From Mobula hypostoma (taxonomy: Eukaryota), in NCBI RefSeq assembly GCF_963921235.1, contig NC_086108.1:40426001-40490000 (forward strand): DNA of 64,000 nt, in the 5' to 3' direction. Positions 25,141 to 38,600 of the stretch are shown here, piece by piece. The notes under the pieces are model-generated. The model made no database searches. It was not told where the DNA came from and saw nothing but the letters and a program-made list of their open reading frames with translations. How positions within the stretch are numbered: position 1 is the first letter of the stretch; each line of letters opens with the position of its first letter. A program made the translations under genes and the position numbers.

Positions 25141-25146
25141 AATAAA
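25141..25146 (+). promoter_or_regulatory. Candidate distal poly(A) signal of PTPRC
   Basis: AATAAA preceded by U-rich sequence with TGTA motifs and followed by GT-rich sequence. Confidence 0.4.
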
Positions 25147-26519
25147 TTAAATGTCACATCATGTTGTGCAGTGTGACGACAATTGATGTACATGTCTCAG
25201 TGCAATTGATGTACATGTCTCAGTGCAGGAGCTAATATAGTTTAACATTTCAACCCCCCCCCCCATTTCATTTGCATCACTTTGGAGACTGTGAACAATA
25301 ACGTAATGTCAATCATGTCTCAGCCTTTAATAGTTTTAAACTGTCTGCAGTTTATTTGGACAAAAAGCAATTTGTTGAGCTGGAGGATGATGGGGTCAGT
25401 AATGGGTAAGGCTACAGTTTCTAGCCACTGTTAATATGAAGCATACAGACCATTCTTGACCTACCTTGTGAGCAGCTTCCCTTGCAGTTGGTGACAGTGA
25501 CCTAGGTTCATGAATGGAAACTAGCTGGTCAGGAATCCTGCAGCCAATTACTAATCGGATGAACTCAGATTGAACAGCCTCCCAACACTCACGCTGAAAT
25601 GGCAAACCACCACTGTGATATCACTGAATCCTCTATCTGAGAAGCAGCTGTGAAAAAGATGAAAAGCAAAATTGCCATAGATGTGAATAACCACAATGTT
25701 CAAACTCCAAACTTTGAGAATCTGATCAAAACAAGGGACTTCAGAGGATTTACAAGTATGTTCTTCTGAACATTTAAAGCAGCAATTAATAAAAAAGTGA
25801 ACTATGAACTACTTAGATTTTATGAATGTGGAAAAACTATAATATATCATAAATTATTAGTTCCAGTTATCTTCAATTGGTCCTTTGGTACTTTCTTCTG
25901 CATCTTCAGATCCTAGCAAGTAACAATGTTTAGTACTGTGACTGGCATTTAGGTGTAACATCTTTATACCCCAAAACAGTTTCCATCCATTAAAGTAATT
26001 TGAATATTATCCCTAATGCAGTAGGAAACTCAGCTGTCAGTTTATGCACAGTAAGATCTCATCATTTTTTAGGCAGCTCCCGAGATCGATGATTACTCAC
26101 ATCCATTCCAGTTTTGCAGGTTCTGAGGTGTCAGTCGAGGGCAATGTGGGAACTGCAGACTCTTCTGAGGAAAGCAGTAGTTGACACGTTGTGGGCGGTT
26201 AGTGAGCTGGTGGGCCACTTCCACTATTTACACTGGGCCTCTGACTATACCCAAAGCAGGCCCTCTAAATTCTCAAATACAGCACAATTCTTCTCCATTT
26301 TTGCTTGTAATCATGACTGGAGCGTAGTTATTAGCCAGGACAGTAGTGGGAATACCTCTTCTGTTTTTCCTCAAAATAATGTCTGCAATTTTGACATTTA
26401 TCTTCTCAGGTATTTGTGGGTATTTAATCTTACATGATGTAGTTCCGAGAAAATAATGAACCCTAAGTAGATACATACAATGTTTAAATGCTATCTGGGC
26501 AAGTACATGGATTGGAAAG

Positions 26520-28190
26520 ATTGGAGTTCTTTCTGGCCAATGCCCTCCAATCTACAAATCAGTGAACAGCAATGAGGCAAGGGCAATGGAAGCAGAAGTA
26601 TTTGACATTGCCATATGTTTGCAGGAATGGAGGCAGCCACACTGTGAGCTGTTTGGTGAACTGATTCTTGCTTCGGGATAACTTAAGCACAGCAAATGAA
26701 CATGGACACAATGAGCTTTCTACTGAGACCATTTTCCGATGAGAAGTTATTTATTATGTTAAATGCGGGCTTGGGGGAGGGACATCCTATTACTTGGTCA
26801 ACTTGTTTAGCTGACCTGGTTTGAACCAGTCTGAGTTGGACAGAACAAAAGACACAGGGCTGAAGAGAGAGGCATAAAGCAATACTGCTTCTAGCCTTGG
26901 GCCATTTCCAATAAGAAGCTGACACAGGTCAATCAGATGACCTTGAGCCAATAAAATTGAACCATCATAGATTGATCTGATCAGGGAAAAAAAAAGACTG
27001 GAGAATTTTGGGAGAACAGGCAGCGACATCTCTGTGGAGACCAACCATTGCAGAAGTGGATGAGCCTATGTTGAAAACATGGAGATTACATTCTGATCAA
27101 GAAGAATGTCTGACCAGCGTAGACCCTTTTTTCCTGGGTACTGCCTTTTCTATTTGACTGCTCATGGAGGATCTGGGAATCCTAGTGGGTGTACACACAG
27201 GTATTTAGATTTGTAAACTCACATGCCTCTAACTATGCCTATAAAGGTACTTGTCAGTAAATGTGGATTCTCTCTGTGCCTAACCTATCATTATTATTGA
27301 GTTTAATTGTTTTAACAGAATTAGCATTCCTATTTGGGGCTCGAGGATAAATCACCTCTGTTGAATCAGCAGGTGACTTGAGTCAGACCATCTAAGTGAG
27401 GTACAGAGAGATTTGGGGTTGGGTAGTTAGCTGTTATTAACCCAAGATGAAGAATTTTGGGAAGTCTGCATGTCCCAAGGACTAGGATTATTTTGAATGG
27501 AGGGGACTCCTCTAAAAATCCATATTAGGGAAATGCCCGCAACACAGGGCCATTGCTGGTCACACCGCTGGTAAAAGGAAAACGACTGGTGAAGCTCTTT
27601 GGAAGATTGCTCAAGGGAAATTGTCAAACAAGGAACTTAAGTAATTACAGAAGCCAGTAGCAATTGTCTCTTTCATTGAGGATGGGCTAGAATGTTGGCA
27701 GAAAGCTAAAGCAGAGTGAGACAGATTCAAACTGGAAATCTGAAGACTTTGCAATGAGGTAGTGCACCTTAAAGAAAAGGTTACTGATTTACAGGGGCAG
27801 TATGGATTCCATGTAAATGTACCTGTTTGAGCTGAAGGGTGAGAACTGATTGCAGAAAAGAGTAAGCAAGAAGAAGAAGCCCAAATAACTAAGAACAAAG
27901 TGAGAAAACATTGCAGTAATTTAAAGACTGCTATGAATGTGACACAGAAATAAGTATGGCAAAAGAAAAATAACACTGGAGATCACACAAAGTCTTTAAA
28001 GTGGCTGAAAAAGCTGTATGACTAACTTGCTGCCCAGAGAGGAATAACGTGTGCTTTTGGATCCTACAGAGGGGAGGAAGGTGAATATGCAGAAATGGAT
28101 TGGAGTGATTTAGCAGATAAGGCGAACAGATATGGATATGATGAGGAGCCTCCTCCCAAGGATCCCCCACTGATGTACAACCAAAATGAG
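26520..28190 (+). mobile_element. LTR (to ~27318) plus decayed internal gag-like sequence of an ERV/LTR element
   Basis: 26530-27318 is homologous to the solo LTR at 42541-43468 and ends ...TAACA; broken coiled-coil-like coding sequence follows. Confidence 0.6.
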
Positions 28191-28196
28191 CCGGTG

Positions 28197-28450
28197 CTAC
28201 CATTTGCATGACTGCACGCCCCATCCATGATGATATGAATCCATCAGCTGGTGAACACCTTCCACCATCCTAGGTTCCAGTGGTGCAGGCTCCGGTGGAT
28301 TAAATGGTCCATGAACACCAGGGTTGAGGCAGGACACATGGAAGGTCGGTGTGATCCTGAGGGCGGTGGCAGCAGGAGATGGTAGGTGACTGGATTCATG
28401 CAATGGGTAATCTAGAGGGGACCAGTGAACGGCAGCGAGAGCTTGAGAGA
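28197..28450 (-). mobile_element. Gypsy (chromovirus/sushi-like) integrase C-terminal remnant
   Basis: LRITPTFHVSCLNP motif (cf. IHPxFHVSxLKP). Confidence 0.65.
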
Positions 28451-28650
28451 GTCGATGTGCAGGAGCTGATCTTGGGTGGACAGCTAGACACGATCCACAG
28501 GCCAGAGCAGTCTGACTTGTGGCCTGGTGGCAGCAGGCACGGTTGGCAGCTAGGATGGCCCTCCAGGCCCTCTTCTAAGCATTTTGGCAGCAGCAAACCA
28601 AGGCCCTGGCAGACGGTATCTCCACCATTGCCTTCACCGCAGCGTGCAAA

Positions 28651-31420
28651 TGTAATGTTGAATCAGGTTTGCGGGCCCAGAAAGTGAAACAGAAAGCTTT
28701 CTCTGTGAATGGGTATATTAATCATTTATTTACAAAGAATAAAAATTTGACCAAACATTCATGTTCCTCAAGTTACAGACGCTACAAATCTGAATATTCA
28801 ACAAGCATATGCACACTCAACAAACATACTTTGTTAAAAGTGCATGTAGAGTATTGCTTCCCGATCATCATGTGCATCCTTGCCTTAAACAAAGGAGGAA
28901 GAGAGCAAGCCCCTTCCACATGCTATTTTATATACTCAAGATATTCGAAAGTGGACCCCAGTCATCTATCCAAATGGAAAAGCAGCTTCAGCTTCTAAAC
29001 TAACCAATCACAGTGGAAGTGACTTTAAACAATCAGAATAAGACATGCACCCATAGGACACTCCACCCCCGCCGAAAACTGCAAAAGTGATGATCCAACC
29101 CTCAGACTTGTATGACACTCACGAATTGCCAACTAAGTTACACATAAAACTCGAGTATAATACCCAGTACTGTAAACCCAATAGTCACCTCCCAGTATAC
29201 TAGAGTAGAGTGCCAGTCTCCCTATGCCCCAAAGGATGTCAGCCCCACCCTGGAATGTAATAGCTAATGAGTTGGTCTCCCACTTAACCATATATACTGA
29301 CCCTGAGATATGGTCAACCAGGGGAGTGATGTTCACCAACCCATCAAGAGTGTTGGTGCAGCATTTTTAACCAATAACAGTCCAAGCGCCAGCCACCTCC
29401 CTTTGTGAGCAGGTAATCCAAGGTAATTGAAATCAGTTCCCAGGATAATCTAACTGTACCCTGCTGAGAAAGGCTATCATTCAAAACATCCTTCCCTTGT
29501 AATACCACTCTTACCAACCAGCATGGGTAAGGTTTTCATCCAGGTTTACATATGGCACCACATAACAACTGCACCACCCTGTGGGAACAACGGGCGGGCC
29601 TACTAAGTGTCCAGCTTCACAACAGCATTTGGCATTGCCACAGTCATCCCAGGATACTGTTCCTGTTCACACTTACTGTCTACCTTGCACCTTGTACCTG
29701 TACTCAACATACCACCTACACTAACACCCCCGGTCAGGTGTGTGAATCACCTTAAGAGTCAGAACATCCTAATTAAACAAATGGTACATGGGGAAATACC
29801 AGCCCTTAAAACACTTACTCCACCAAAACTATTGAGGCTCAACTCCCTTAGGGCTGTTACCATACTCTGGGCTAAGGTTGGCTGAAATAGACTACTCCCT
29901 CCTAGCTCCCCCAAAACAGAAAGCCAAAACCCAAGAAACCAGATAATTTCCCCCAACAGTTTTTTCTTGTCATCAAAGGGATTGATATCAGTGGTATCCC
30001 TTCTGTCATGTAGACAAGAAGTCCTCATTCAAATTCAGCCATCTGACCCATTGGTTCAGTATGCAAATTTGAACACACTTCACAGGAATGTATGATAGGA
30101 TCTTCCACCACAAATCAGCATAAACACTTTTCCATTCTGTAATGCAGGGAGATACCAATGTGCTCACTCCTGATTAGTCACTGTATATTTAGAAAACACA
30201 AAAACAATACAATTGCTCCCCAAATGCTCAATTCCCTCTGAAATATGGGCATCTCATATCTAGAATAAAGTTGCCCAGATTTCAACTCAAATTTCATATG
30301 GCCAGTATGAACAATGAGTCATCTGTAAAAACCAATTATATGGGGAAACAAGTAACAAAATAACAGATTAAGACACAGTAAACACATAACAGATTTAAAA
30401 AACAAGAAACAAAGTGACCAACTAAACAAACACAAGAAGCAAAGTAATAGGTTAAACATAAAACACAAAGCCCAGGCTGTATTCATCTTCTTTTAAAGCT
30501 TCACATAGAATCTGCAAAAACTTAAAACAGACCGTTCATTTCTCAGAAGAGAAACAGCACTTATCACAGAACAACTGATAAGGAGTAAGCAACTGGGTGG
30601 GGCCTAACACATTCACAGCGTCTCTTAAAGGCAAACTCCATGCATGCGTGCACATGCACACGCCCACACACACAGGAAGGAAGTGACTGGAGTGTGGAAC
30701 TGACATTTCTCTAACTTGCAGTGTAGTTGGTTTTCGAGGAGACCAAACTGACATGGCAGGCAAGATTCAAAGTTCAAAATGCACATACAAATTATCAAAG
30801 CATGTATAAATTATGCAGCGAGATTCACCTCTTTACCGGCAGCCACAAAACAGAGGCTTCAGAAAGAATCCACCACAAAAACAAAAAGATTGCCAAACAC
30901 CCAATGTTCAGAGAGAGAGAGAGAGAAAGAACAAATCATGCAAACAACCAAAGCAAGCAAATTGCTTCAGAACTGGAGTTTTACGAAAGACACAAAAGCC
31001 AAGCATTACCTCAGCTGGTGCAGGCAACAGCCACAGTTCAATGCCAAGCTGAGTAAATGTTGCGAGGTCACAGATGTGAAGCCAGGTGTCGCTGCAGCTA
31101 GCAATGCAGTCTAGCGTAGAGCCAAGCAAACATTACAGAGCAGCAAGATAACTTGGCCCATACCTTGCCTCTGGTCCTGACACCCAAACCCAGTAATTCA
31201 TAACAGGGGCAGCTACATTCTGAGGGGGTGTTAGGGGAAATGGAAGTCGTCGGGGGGTGTTCAAGATTCTTGGGTGGGGGGGGATGGTAAGCAGCTCACT
31301 AACTTCAGGCATGAGACCTGACTCTCTGTTAGTGGAGCAGGCACTTCCAAGAAAAAAGAAAAAGCATGGGAACTCAAGATGAACCACAACTCTGCAGGCT
31401 GTGGGCACTCGTCGTCACAA
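28651..31420 (-). mobile_element. Decayed LTR element: 3' LTR 28651-29060, PPT 29061-29070, env-like remnant
   Basis: TGT...ACA-bounded segment with minus-strand AATAAA; adjacent purine tract GGGGGTGGAG on minus strand; hydrophobic segments in broken minus frames; possible TGTGACGACGAG PBS relic near 31405-31416. Confidence 0.55.
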
Positions 31421-31859
31421 TGTGTCTAAAAACTCAGCAATTTCATCTGATCTTACCAACCAAACAGATATTATTGGAGATGCATAAATTAGCAACCAGC
31501 TTGCCCAACTGTTAAATTACATGAACGGCATGGAATGAGTTCATGTAATTTAACAGTTGGTATGTCAAGTACACCCTCTCAACTTTCTCTACAGATCTAT
31601 TGAAAACAGACTGCATAACGATACAGCACTGGCTGGAACCAAATGGAGAAATAAAGCCAATCAGTGAACCAGCTGACCCCAAAGATTTCTCTTGAGATGT
31701 TCAAAGTGACCTCAACTTCATATGTGCAGTCAAGAACCATCTTTAGGGATTATGAGACCTTACGTGGTTGGACAATCACACCAACTGGAATTGTATAAAG
31801 GTAGCTTGCCAAACACCGGCTCTATCCCAACTAACATTCAGATTCCAATCTGAATCCTT

Positions 31860-33800
31860 GTCAACGTAATTTTCACTTTGTGATCATCTTCATCTTCATC
31901 TCGCTGTTCCTTTGCGTGCTACAATCATCGGTATCAACTCACTGTCATCATCAATATCCAATAGACATTCCTAGTTTGTGTTAAATTTTTATTTTAATTT
32001 AGTCCTGTTAATAATGGATGAATACATAAGACGCGATCTCTATGTGTCCAAAGGCTGAGAAACCTTGAATTCTAATACTCCTAGGGAACAGAAACTACAG
32101 AAAGTGCAACAACACAATGTTATGTACCTGGAGTGTGGTTTTATTCCATTTCCATCAGATCAGCGACGCCCCGTGTGTCTTATTTGTAATACTGGACTGT
32201 CTATTGAAGCCTTGAAAGTATCAAGATTGCAGGAACATTTCCATAAAAGACACCCTGTAAAGGCTACTTAGTTATTACTCAGTTCCAGAAGATGAAAGAA
32301 ACATTTGAAAAGCATTGCACAGTCAAGTCATTTGCCAAGAAAGCCAAAAATAACCTTGATATGTGGAAAATCTCAACTATTCACAAAGCTACAAGAAACA
32401 GAATTTAGGATACAACTGGATGAGTCAACTGTGCAAGCCAGCAAGGCAATGCTAATGGCATATGTATGGTTTATCAAAAATGGAAAAGTTTATGAAGAGG
32501 TTCTCTTTTGTAAATAGTTAAAAACAATTGTCAACAGAGAATCAATCTATGATGAGTTCAAAATGTATGTTGAGGATAAAAATATTCCAAATAGGAACAT
32601 GATTTCTTGTGCAACGAATGGAGCACCGTTCAATGACAGTTCACCACACTGGTTTAGTGGCATTTATGAAAAAAGAAATTCCAAGTCTGTTTGCAGATAA
32701 AAATCTTAGCCAGTGACTTTTTCAAGCATTATTCTTATAATATCTGATATCAACGAAATTAAAGCTCATCCATTAAATAGATTATTTCATCAGTTATACC
32801 AAGATAACGATGAAGAGTTTGAATACTTGCTCCTTCACACTGAAGAACAATGGCTGTCAAAAGGCTCCTGCTTAAAACGCTTCTTCAATCTTTTTGACAC
32901 TGTGGTTGAATTTTTGCTCAAAGCCAACAAGAACTTGGGAAACACAATTGAACTTCTACATGGAGATGTGGCATACCTAGCCAATCTGTATGACAAAATG
33001 GACATTCTACATATGAAACTCTAGAGTGAGCATTTCAATTTAATCCAGGCAAAAAGTGCAGTGTCCACTTTTATCAGAAAATTGGAAATATATAAGCAAA
33101 ACATTGAAAGAAGAATGTTCTCACAGTTTCCCTGCATGTAAGGTATGGCACTCTCTTTCACAGAAGGTAATTTGCAGAGTACTACTTATACCTGCAGTCA
33201 CTGAAGAAGGATGTTCAGAATCAATTGAAGGATTTGAATGATCTGGAATTTCTGGACTGAGTAATTAAACCATTTCTTTGCAAGGTAGAAGAACAGGAAG
33301 AGAGCTTTGAAGAAGAAATTATTGAAATACAGAATGATGAAAATGCAAAAATTCTTTTCAAAAATGTCAGCCTTTGTGTTATGGGGCTACACTGTCCTAT
33401 GAAGTTTCCTGGTCTTTGGAGAAGAGCTAAACTGCTCTTCATTGCATTTCCATCCTCCTACCTTGTTGAAAGAGGCATCAGTGCAGCGAACCACATACTC
33501 ACAAAAACAGAACCGCTTGGACATTGTTACATTTGGGGACTTAAGGCTTTTGCTGTCACAAATTGAACCAGGGAATTAAATCTTGCTGAAAACCATCAAA
33601 CTCAAGGATCGCATTGATATCGAAGCTGCTGTACAGCTCACAGGCATTGTGTAAGCTAGGTTTCAAGAGAAATAAAAATTTAAAGCAGAATCATTTTTCT
33701 CATGTTAGCATATGATAGACATGTTTTTACATTATGGGGGCACCAGAATGTATATTGTGCCTAAGGGGGGCATTGACAAGTATGAAAGTGCTTTAGGGGC
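31860..33800 (+). mobile_element. hAT (Charlie/Buster-type) transposase pseudogene
   Basis: YLECGF...PVCLIC...RLQEHFHKRHP zinc finger, IQLDEST, LLLHTEEQWLSKG, FPSSYLVERGIS across several broken ORFs. Confidence 0.9.
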
Positions 33801-34149
33801 CTTGGATTCTGCCCTAACGTTTCCAATCAGGCCTGGTGCTTAAATTATCCAAATATCTGGTCATTCCTTGCTCTCAGAATGCTCAGAATCCTGGAGACCA
33901 CTGCCATGATTCGGCCCGTACCTAACCTTTCCAGTGGAGGCTAGCATAGGGACTTTCTTCACTCTCAGGGACACCACGACTCTGCCTTGACTCTGCTTCG
34001 TCCTCGACTCCACTTGCAATGACCAGGCCTTCCCTGTGCCTCCCCCACCACTAGTCCTCATTAGCCACTGCCTGCACCTCCACCTCCACTTGTCACAACC
34101 ACCCTTTGCCCGCCTGTCCATTGTCAGCATTGTTAGTATTGATCGTTAT

Positions 34150-35580
34150 TAATAAAGTGTTAATAGTAAGGTATATAGTAGTTCCTTTTGTTTTTCTATC
34201 ACCATTAAGTAATCATTGGGCATCGCCAGTGCCATCTTAAACCAAAACGTTTTGGGGGCCCTTGGAGAAACTGAGGATGTGGTTAAGTCAGACAATCCCA
34301 GGCTCCAAGGGATGCCTGTCAATGGCCTCGATGCTGAAGGGATGAGAGATAGGCTTGGTAGGGAGTTCAAGCTGCACACATAGACTCTGATCCAGAAAGT
34401 TGCCTGCTGCACCAGAATCCAACAGAGCCTCCTGTGTGAATAGAATGATTGGGGTGTGGATAAAGGCAGAGAGAGTCAGTTGGCAATGTTTCTCAAATGA
34501 GTGGCTGGAGGGACCTTACCAGACAGAAGGCCCCTCATCTCTACCTGGTGGTTCCATTTCCAAGTGCAGAGGGCATTTGACGTGAGGGTGACCAGCTTCT
34601 CTGCGGTAAGAGCAACTTGTTTCTCTACTGACACACACGCACATCCTTTGGAGGGAGTGGCTTAAGGGATCCCTGTATGGGTTCTGGAGGTATTGCTGAT
34701 GCAGGTCCTGCAGCCTGAAATGGTTTTGTGAATGCAACTGGGTTTCTGGCTGATGATCTGGAGGGTTGTTCCATAAGAGGTTTGTCAATGCAGAGGGCCA
34801 GAGTGATAAGGCTTTCAAAGTTCATTGGGCATCTCCCAGATAGACAGCTCATCTTTAAAGTGCTTTGCGACGTTGTGAGGTAATGGGCCAGCAGTGCTTC
34901 TGCGTTCTGCTGTGAGAGTCCTGAGTTCCAGAATGTAATCCAGCACCAAGGGGAGCCTTAACTCAGACAAAGTTTCTGATCCATTTCCTCCCTTCCACTT
35001 CACGGACGGCCATAAACCTCGCATATCTCAGCAGTAAATTCCTCATATTTATTGCAAATGGTGGTTCTGTTGTCCCACTTACCAGTGGCCCAGGTCAGAG
35101 CTCACCCAGTCAAGAGAGAGATGACAAAGGCGATCTTGGTCTGGCCCATACAACACAGAAATAGCTGGAGCTCAAAGTGTAAGACACACTAGGACAGGAA
35201 GTTGAGACATTGAGTTGTAGATCCATTGAAGTGGTTGGGCACCAGAATCCATGTTGCTGAGGGATGAGGTTGACTGGTGTGAGGTTGCTGTAACAAGATG
35301 GAGAATTGGTTGAGTTGTTGGAAATAATAAGCCACAAGAGGCCACAAAATGAGAGAGAACAGATACTAAGCACTGCAGGCAACAGGGTTACTGAAGGCTA
35401 GAAGCAACTAGTTGGGGTGGCCAGTTGGATGGGTGAACCAAGACTGTGGATGAGATCTAGGTTTAAATAGGATGCAGGTGATGAGTTGGAAATGAATGGC
35501 ATGTGACTTCTGTTTGTTGGACGGAGACTGGGAGGTGTTTGCCTGTGCAGGCCTAGCAAGAAATATAAGCATGGACATTT
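34150..35580 (-). mobile_element. Gypsy (sushi-like) gag-protease remnant
   Basis: VLDYILELRTL...FKDELS, LITLALCID Gag motifs; degenerate knuckle CSYRREAGH; protease-like site near 34390-34415. Confidence 0.65.
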
Positions 35581-36586
35581 GTTTTGTTGTGTCTGTGTTT
35601 TTAGTTTGTTTCCTTATCTGTTTTCTATGAAATTGGTTTTTGAGAGAGAATCAGATTTCATGCTGGCTGTGTGGAATCTGGGTTAAGGTGATGGAAATCT
35701 GTGCATCTCTATTCTGTACATGAAATACCATTATTTCAGAGGGAAGTGGGCAATTGGGGAAATTGCTTATTGATAGACAGTTAAATTGAGAATTTGGAAT
35801 TGATATTTTGGAAGTTTGGAATACTTAGGGAGCAATCCTGAATGTTGTTTTGACTAACAAGACTGCTTTCTTTTTACAGAACATAAAAGTTGTTGCTCAA
35901 GGCTTTTGACATATGGATTTTGAGAATGAATTCTTTCGAAAATAGTTTTATTGCAATTATAGTTTTTGTTGTGTAAATTACAAATAAAAGTTCAATTTTA
36001 ATATTTCCTATGGTGGGAGAGTCTAAGACCAGAGGGAATACCTTCAGAATAGAGGGGTGTCTTTTTAGGTGGAGATGAGGAGGAATTTCTTAAGCCAGAG
36101 AGTGGTGAATCTGTGAAATTTGTTGCCACAGGCAGCTGTGCATGTCAAGTCTGTTTGTATGTTTAAAGCAAGGGGTTGATAGATTCTTGATTGGTCACGG
36201 CATGAAGGGATACAAAGAGAAGGTAGGAGAGGAAAAATAGATCAGCTATGATGAAATGGCAGAGCAGACTCCACTGGCCAAATAGACTAATTTTGCTCCT
36301 AAATCCTATTATCTTGTGGTCTAAAGCAACACAAAAGTGTACAGGTGCAATGGATGAATTCCTGCGGCGATAGCAATTTGCAGCTAGTTCACCATTTTAT
36401 AACACTGATGTGTTATTGATCACGTGCTAACTTGTGTGGTTCATTTAAATGCATGATTTGGTACTCTGTTGAATGGTAGTTTGTCTTTTTTAATTCATTT
36501 TAACTATTTCCATGAAACTTCTGCTCATTGGGACAATCGCTTAACTGGGTCAAAATGTACTGGACTCGATGTGTCCCATTAACTGG

Positions 36587-37417
36587 TGTGACGGGGTCCT
36601 GAATTACCCCTATGAACTGTGCTTTTGAAAAGAGAGAGAGGGGGGTGCTCAACCACAGACACCTGTTAAAAAGAGAGAGAGAAAGAAGGAGAGAGAGGGA
36701 CGAAGACTGCTCACAGTTTGTTTATACTTTCCCAAGGACGTTGCCTGTTTGTACATTCTTACAGAAAGAGAAGAGAGGAGCTGTTATTTGAGAGACAGTT
36801 GGTACTCAGTACGGGGAGATAAATAGAAGATCAGATGATAGACCACAGACACATGGTTTTGGACACTGAATGAGCTTTGTTGTGCCCACAGAAAAAGTGG
36901 GTTTTGGAGGATCGATTTGGCGGATCAATCAGTGGCTCTCACAGGGTGAACAGGGTGTGACCGGTGGGGAGTTATTTGTGTGTCCAACCCTCATCTGGGT
37001 TGATAGCTCCACCACAGAAGAGTGGTCCCCTTTTGTTGAGGTCACAGTCAGTGACTTCTAAAGGATTTTGGAGGACAACGGGAAGATCGACGGCGTCAGC
37101 TCACCTGAAGACTCAGATCTCTCCCTCTCTCTTTCTCCATCACTACTCAACTCAATACCACGAACTGAACTGAACTTTACTCATCATCGTAAGACTATCT
37201 ATTTACCCCTGGACTTGAAGAAGCTTGGTTTTCATATATTTCTACACTAACTGATATACTTACTTATGTATAATTGTTGCTAATCTGTTTGATTTATCTG
37301 CAGTTATATTACTGTAATGCGTAGTTACTAATAAATATCATTAGTTAATAGCAATACTGGACTCCAAAGTGTTTTCCATTTCTGCTGGATTTTTAACCCG
37401 TCATGGGGTACATGACA
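36587..37417 (+). mobile_element. Solo LTR with 4-bp TSD (CTGG)
   Basis: TGTGAC...ATGACA termini, CTGG on both flanks (36583-36586 and 37418-37421), internal AATAAA near 37330. Confidence 0.85.
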
Positions 37418-37989
37418 CTGGAATCCACTATTTTTTTCTGTGACTGTATGTTTACTGCTTCCTTATATGTGCTACATGTGCCTTAGGTTGTGTGTGAATG
37501 TTAAACAGCATTTTACACCTTGGCTCCAGAGGAATGCTATTTCATTTGCCTGTATTTGTGGGTAATCATGTGCGGCTGAATGATAATTAAAACTGAACTT
37601 GAACTTGAACAGATGTGTCAACAGTGATGTTGTCATGCGAAGAACATTTTGTGATCAAAAACAACTTTTCTCAACAGAATGGGGTAATACAGGGCTTATC
37701 AAAGGAGGAATAGAGGACTCAAATTTATATTATTGTGGGGTGGATGATTTGACATGTGTCGACAAAATACTAGAGATCCCTGAGAGAACAAACATACAAT
37801 TTTTATATAAAATTCTTCAGATGACATTATCAAGTGTCCCTGAGGGAATAATAACTAGTTTTTAGGTCCAATTACTGAGCAGCCTTCGGGTAATGAAGGG
37901 CAGAGTAAGATTACAACTCTGTGGAATTCACACTCATGTGAGTATTGACTGATGCAGTAATTCACACAAGAGATGAACTGCATAGAAAA

Positions 37990-38600
37990 TGTACTCACAC
38001 CCCACCCCCAGGAAGTTCTCATGTTTTATTGTTTAACAACATTGTATCACAGTGGACTTAATTTGGCTTTTTTTTTGACACTGATCAACAGAAAAAGACT
38101 CTCGTGTCAAAGTGAAAACGGGTCTCTACAAAATGACCTAAATTAATTACAAATATAAAACACAAAATAATTGATTGCATAAATATTCTCCCCCTTTCGT
38201 ATGCCACACCAAATCATCACTTATGTAACCAATTGGTTAAGTTCCATAATTAGTTAAGGGTGTCCTAGCTATATATAAACCTATGAGCAGTCAAGGATTT
38301 TCAACTGATTGTAGTAAAAATACACCTGTATCTGGAAAGTCCAACTGCTGGTGAGTCAGTGTCCTGGCAAAAACTCCACCATGAAGACAAAAGAATGCTC
38401 CAAGCAACTCTGCAAAAAGTTTATTGAAAAGCACAGGTCAGCCATCAGGAAATGTAAGAATATGGCACAGCTGAAGATGGCAGACCATCATCAGAAACTG
38501 AGTGACTGTGCAAGAAGGGGACTAGTGAGAAAGGGAAGGCCACTAAGAGACTTATGACAACTCTGGAGGAGTGGCTGAGATGCACTTCAGTTTGGAAAGT
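37990..38600 (+). mobile_element. Truncated Tc1 element (left TIR and start of transposase)
   Basis: Homologous to 40176-40930. Confidence 0.8.

Noticed and set aside
32065..33566. Domesticated ZBED5/SCAND3/Buster gene
   Set aside because: Multiple stops and frameshifts indicate a decayed transposon
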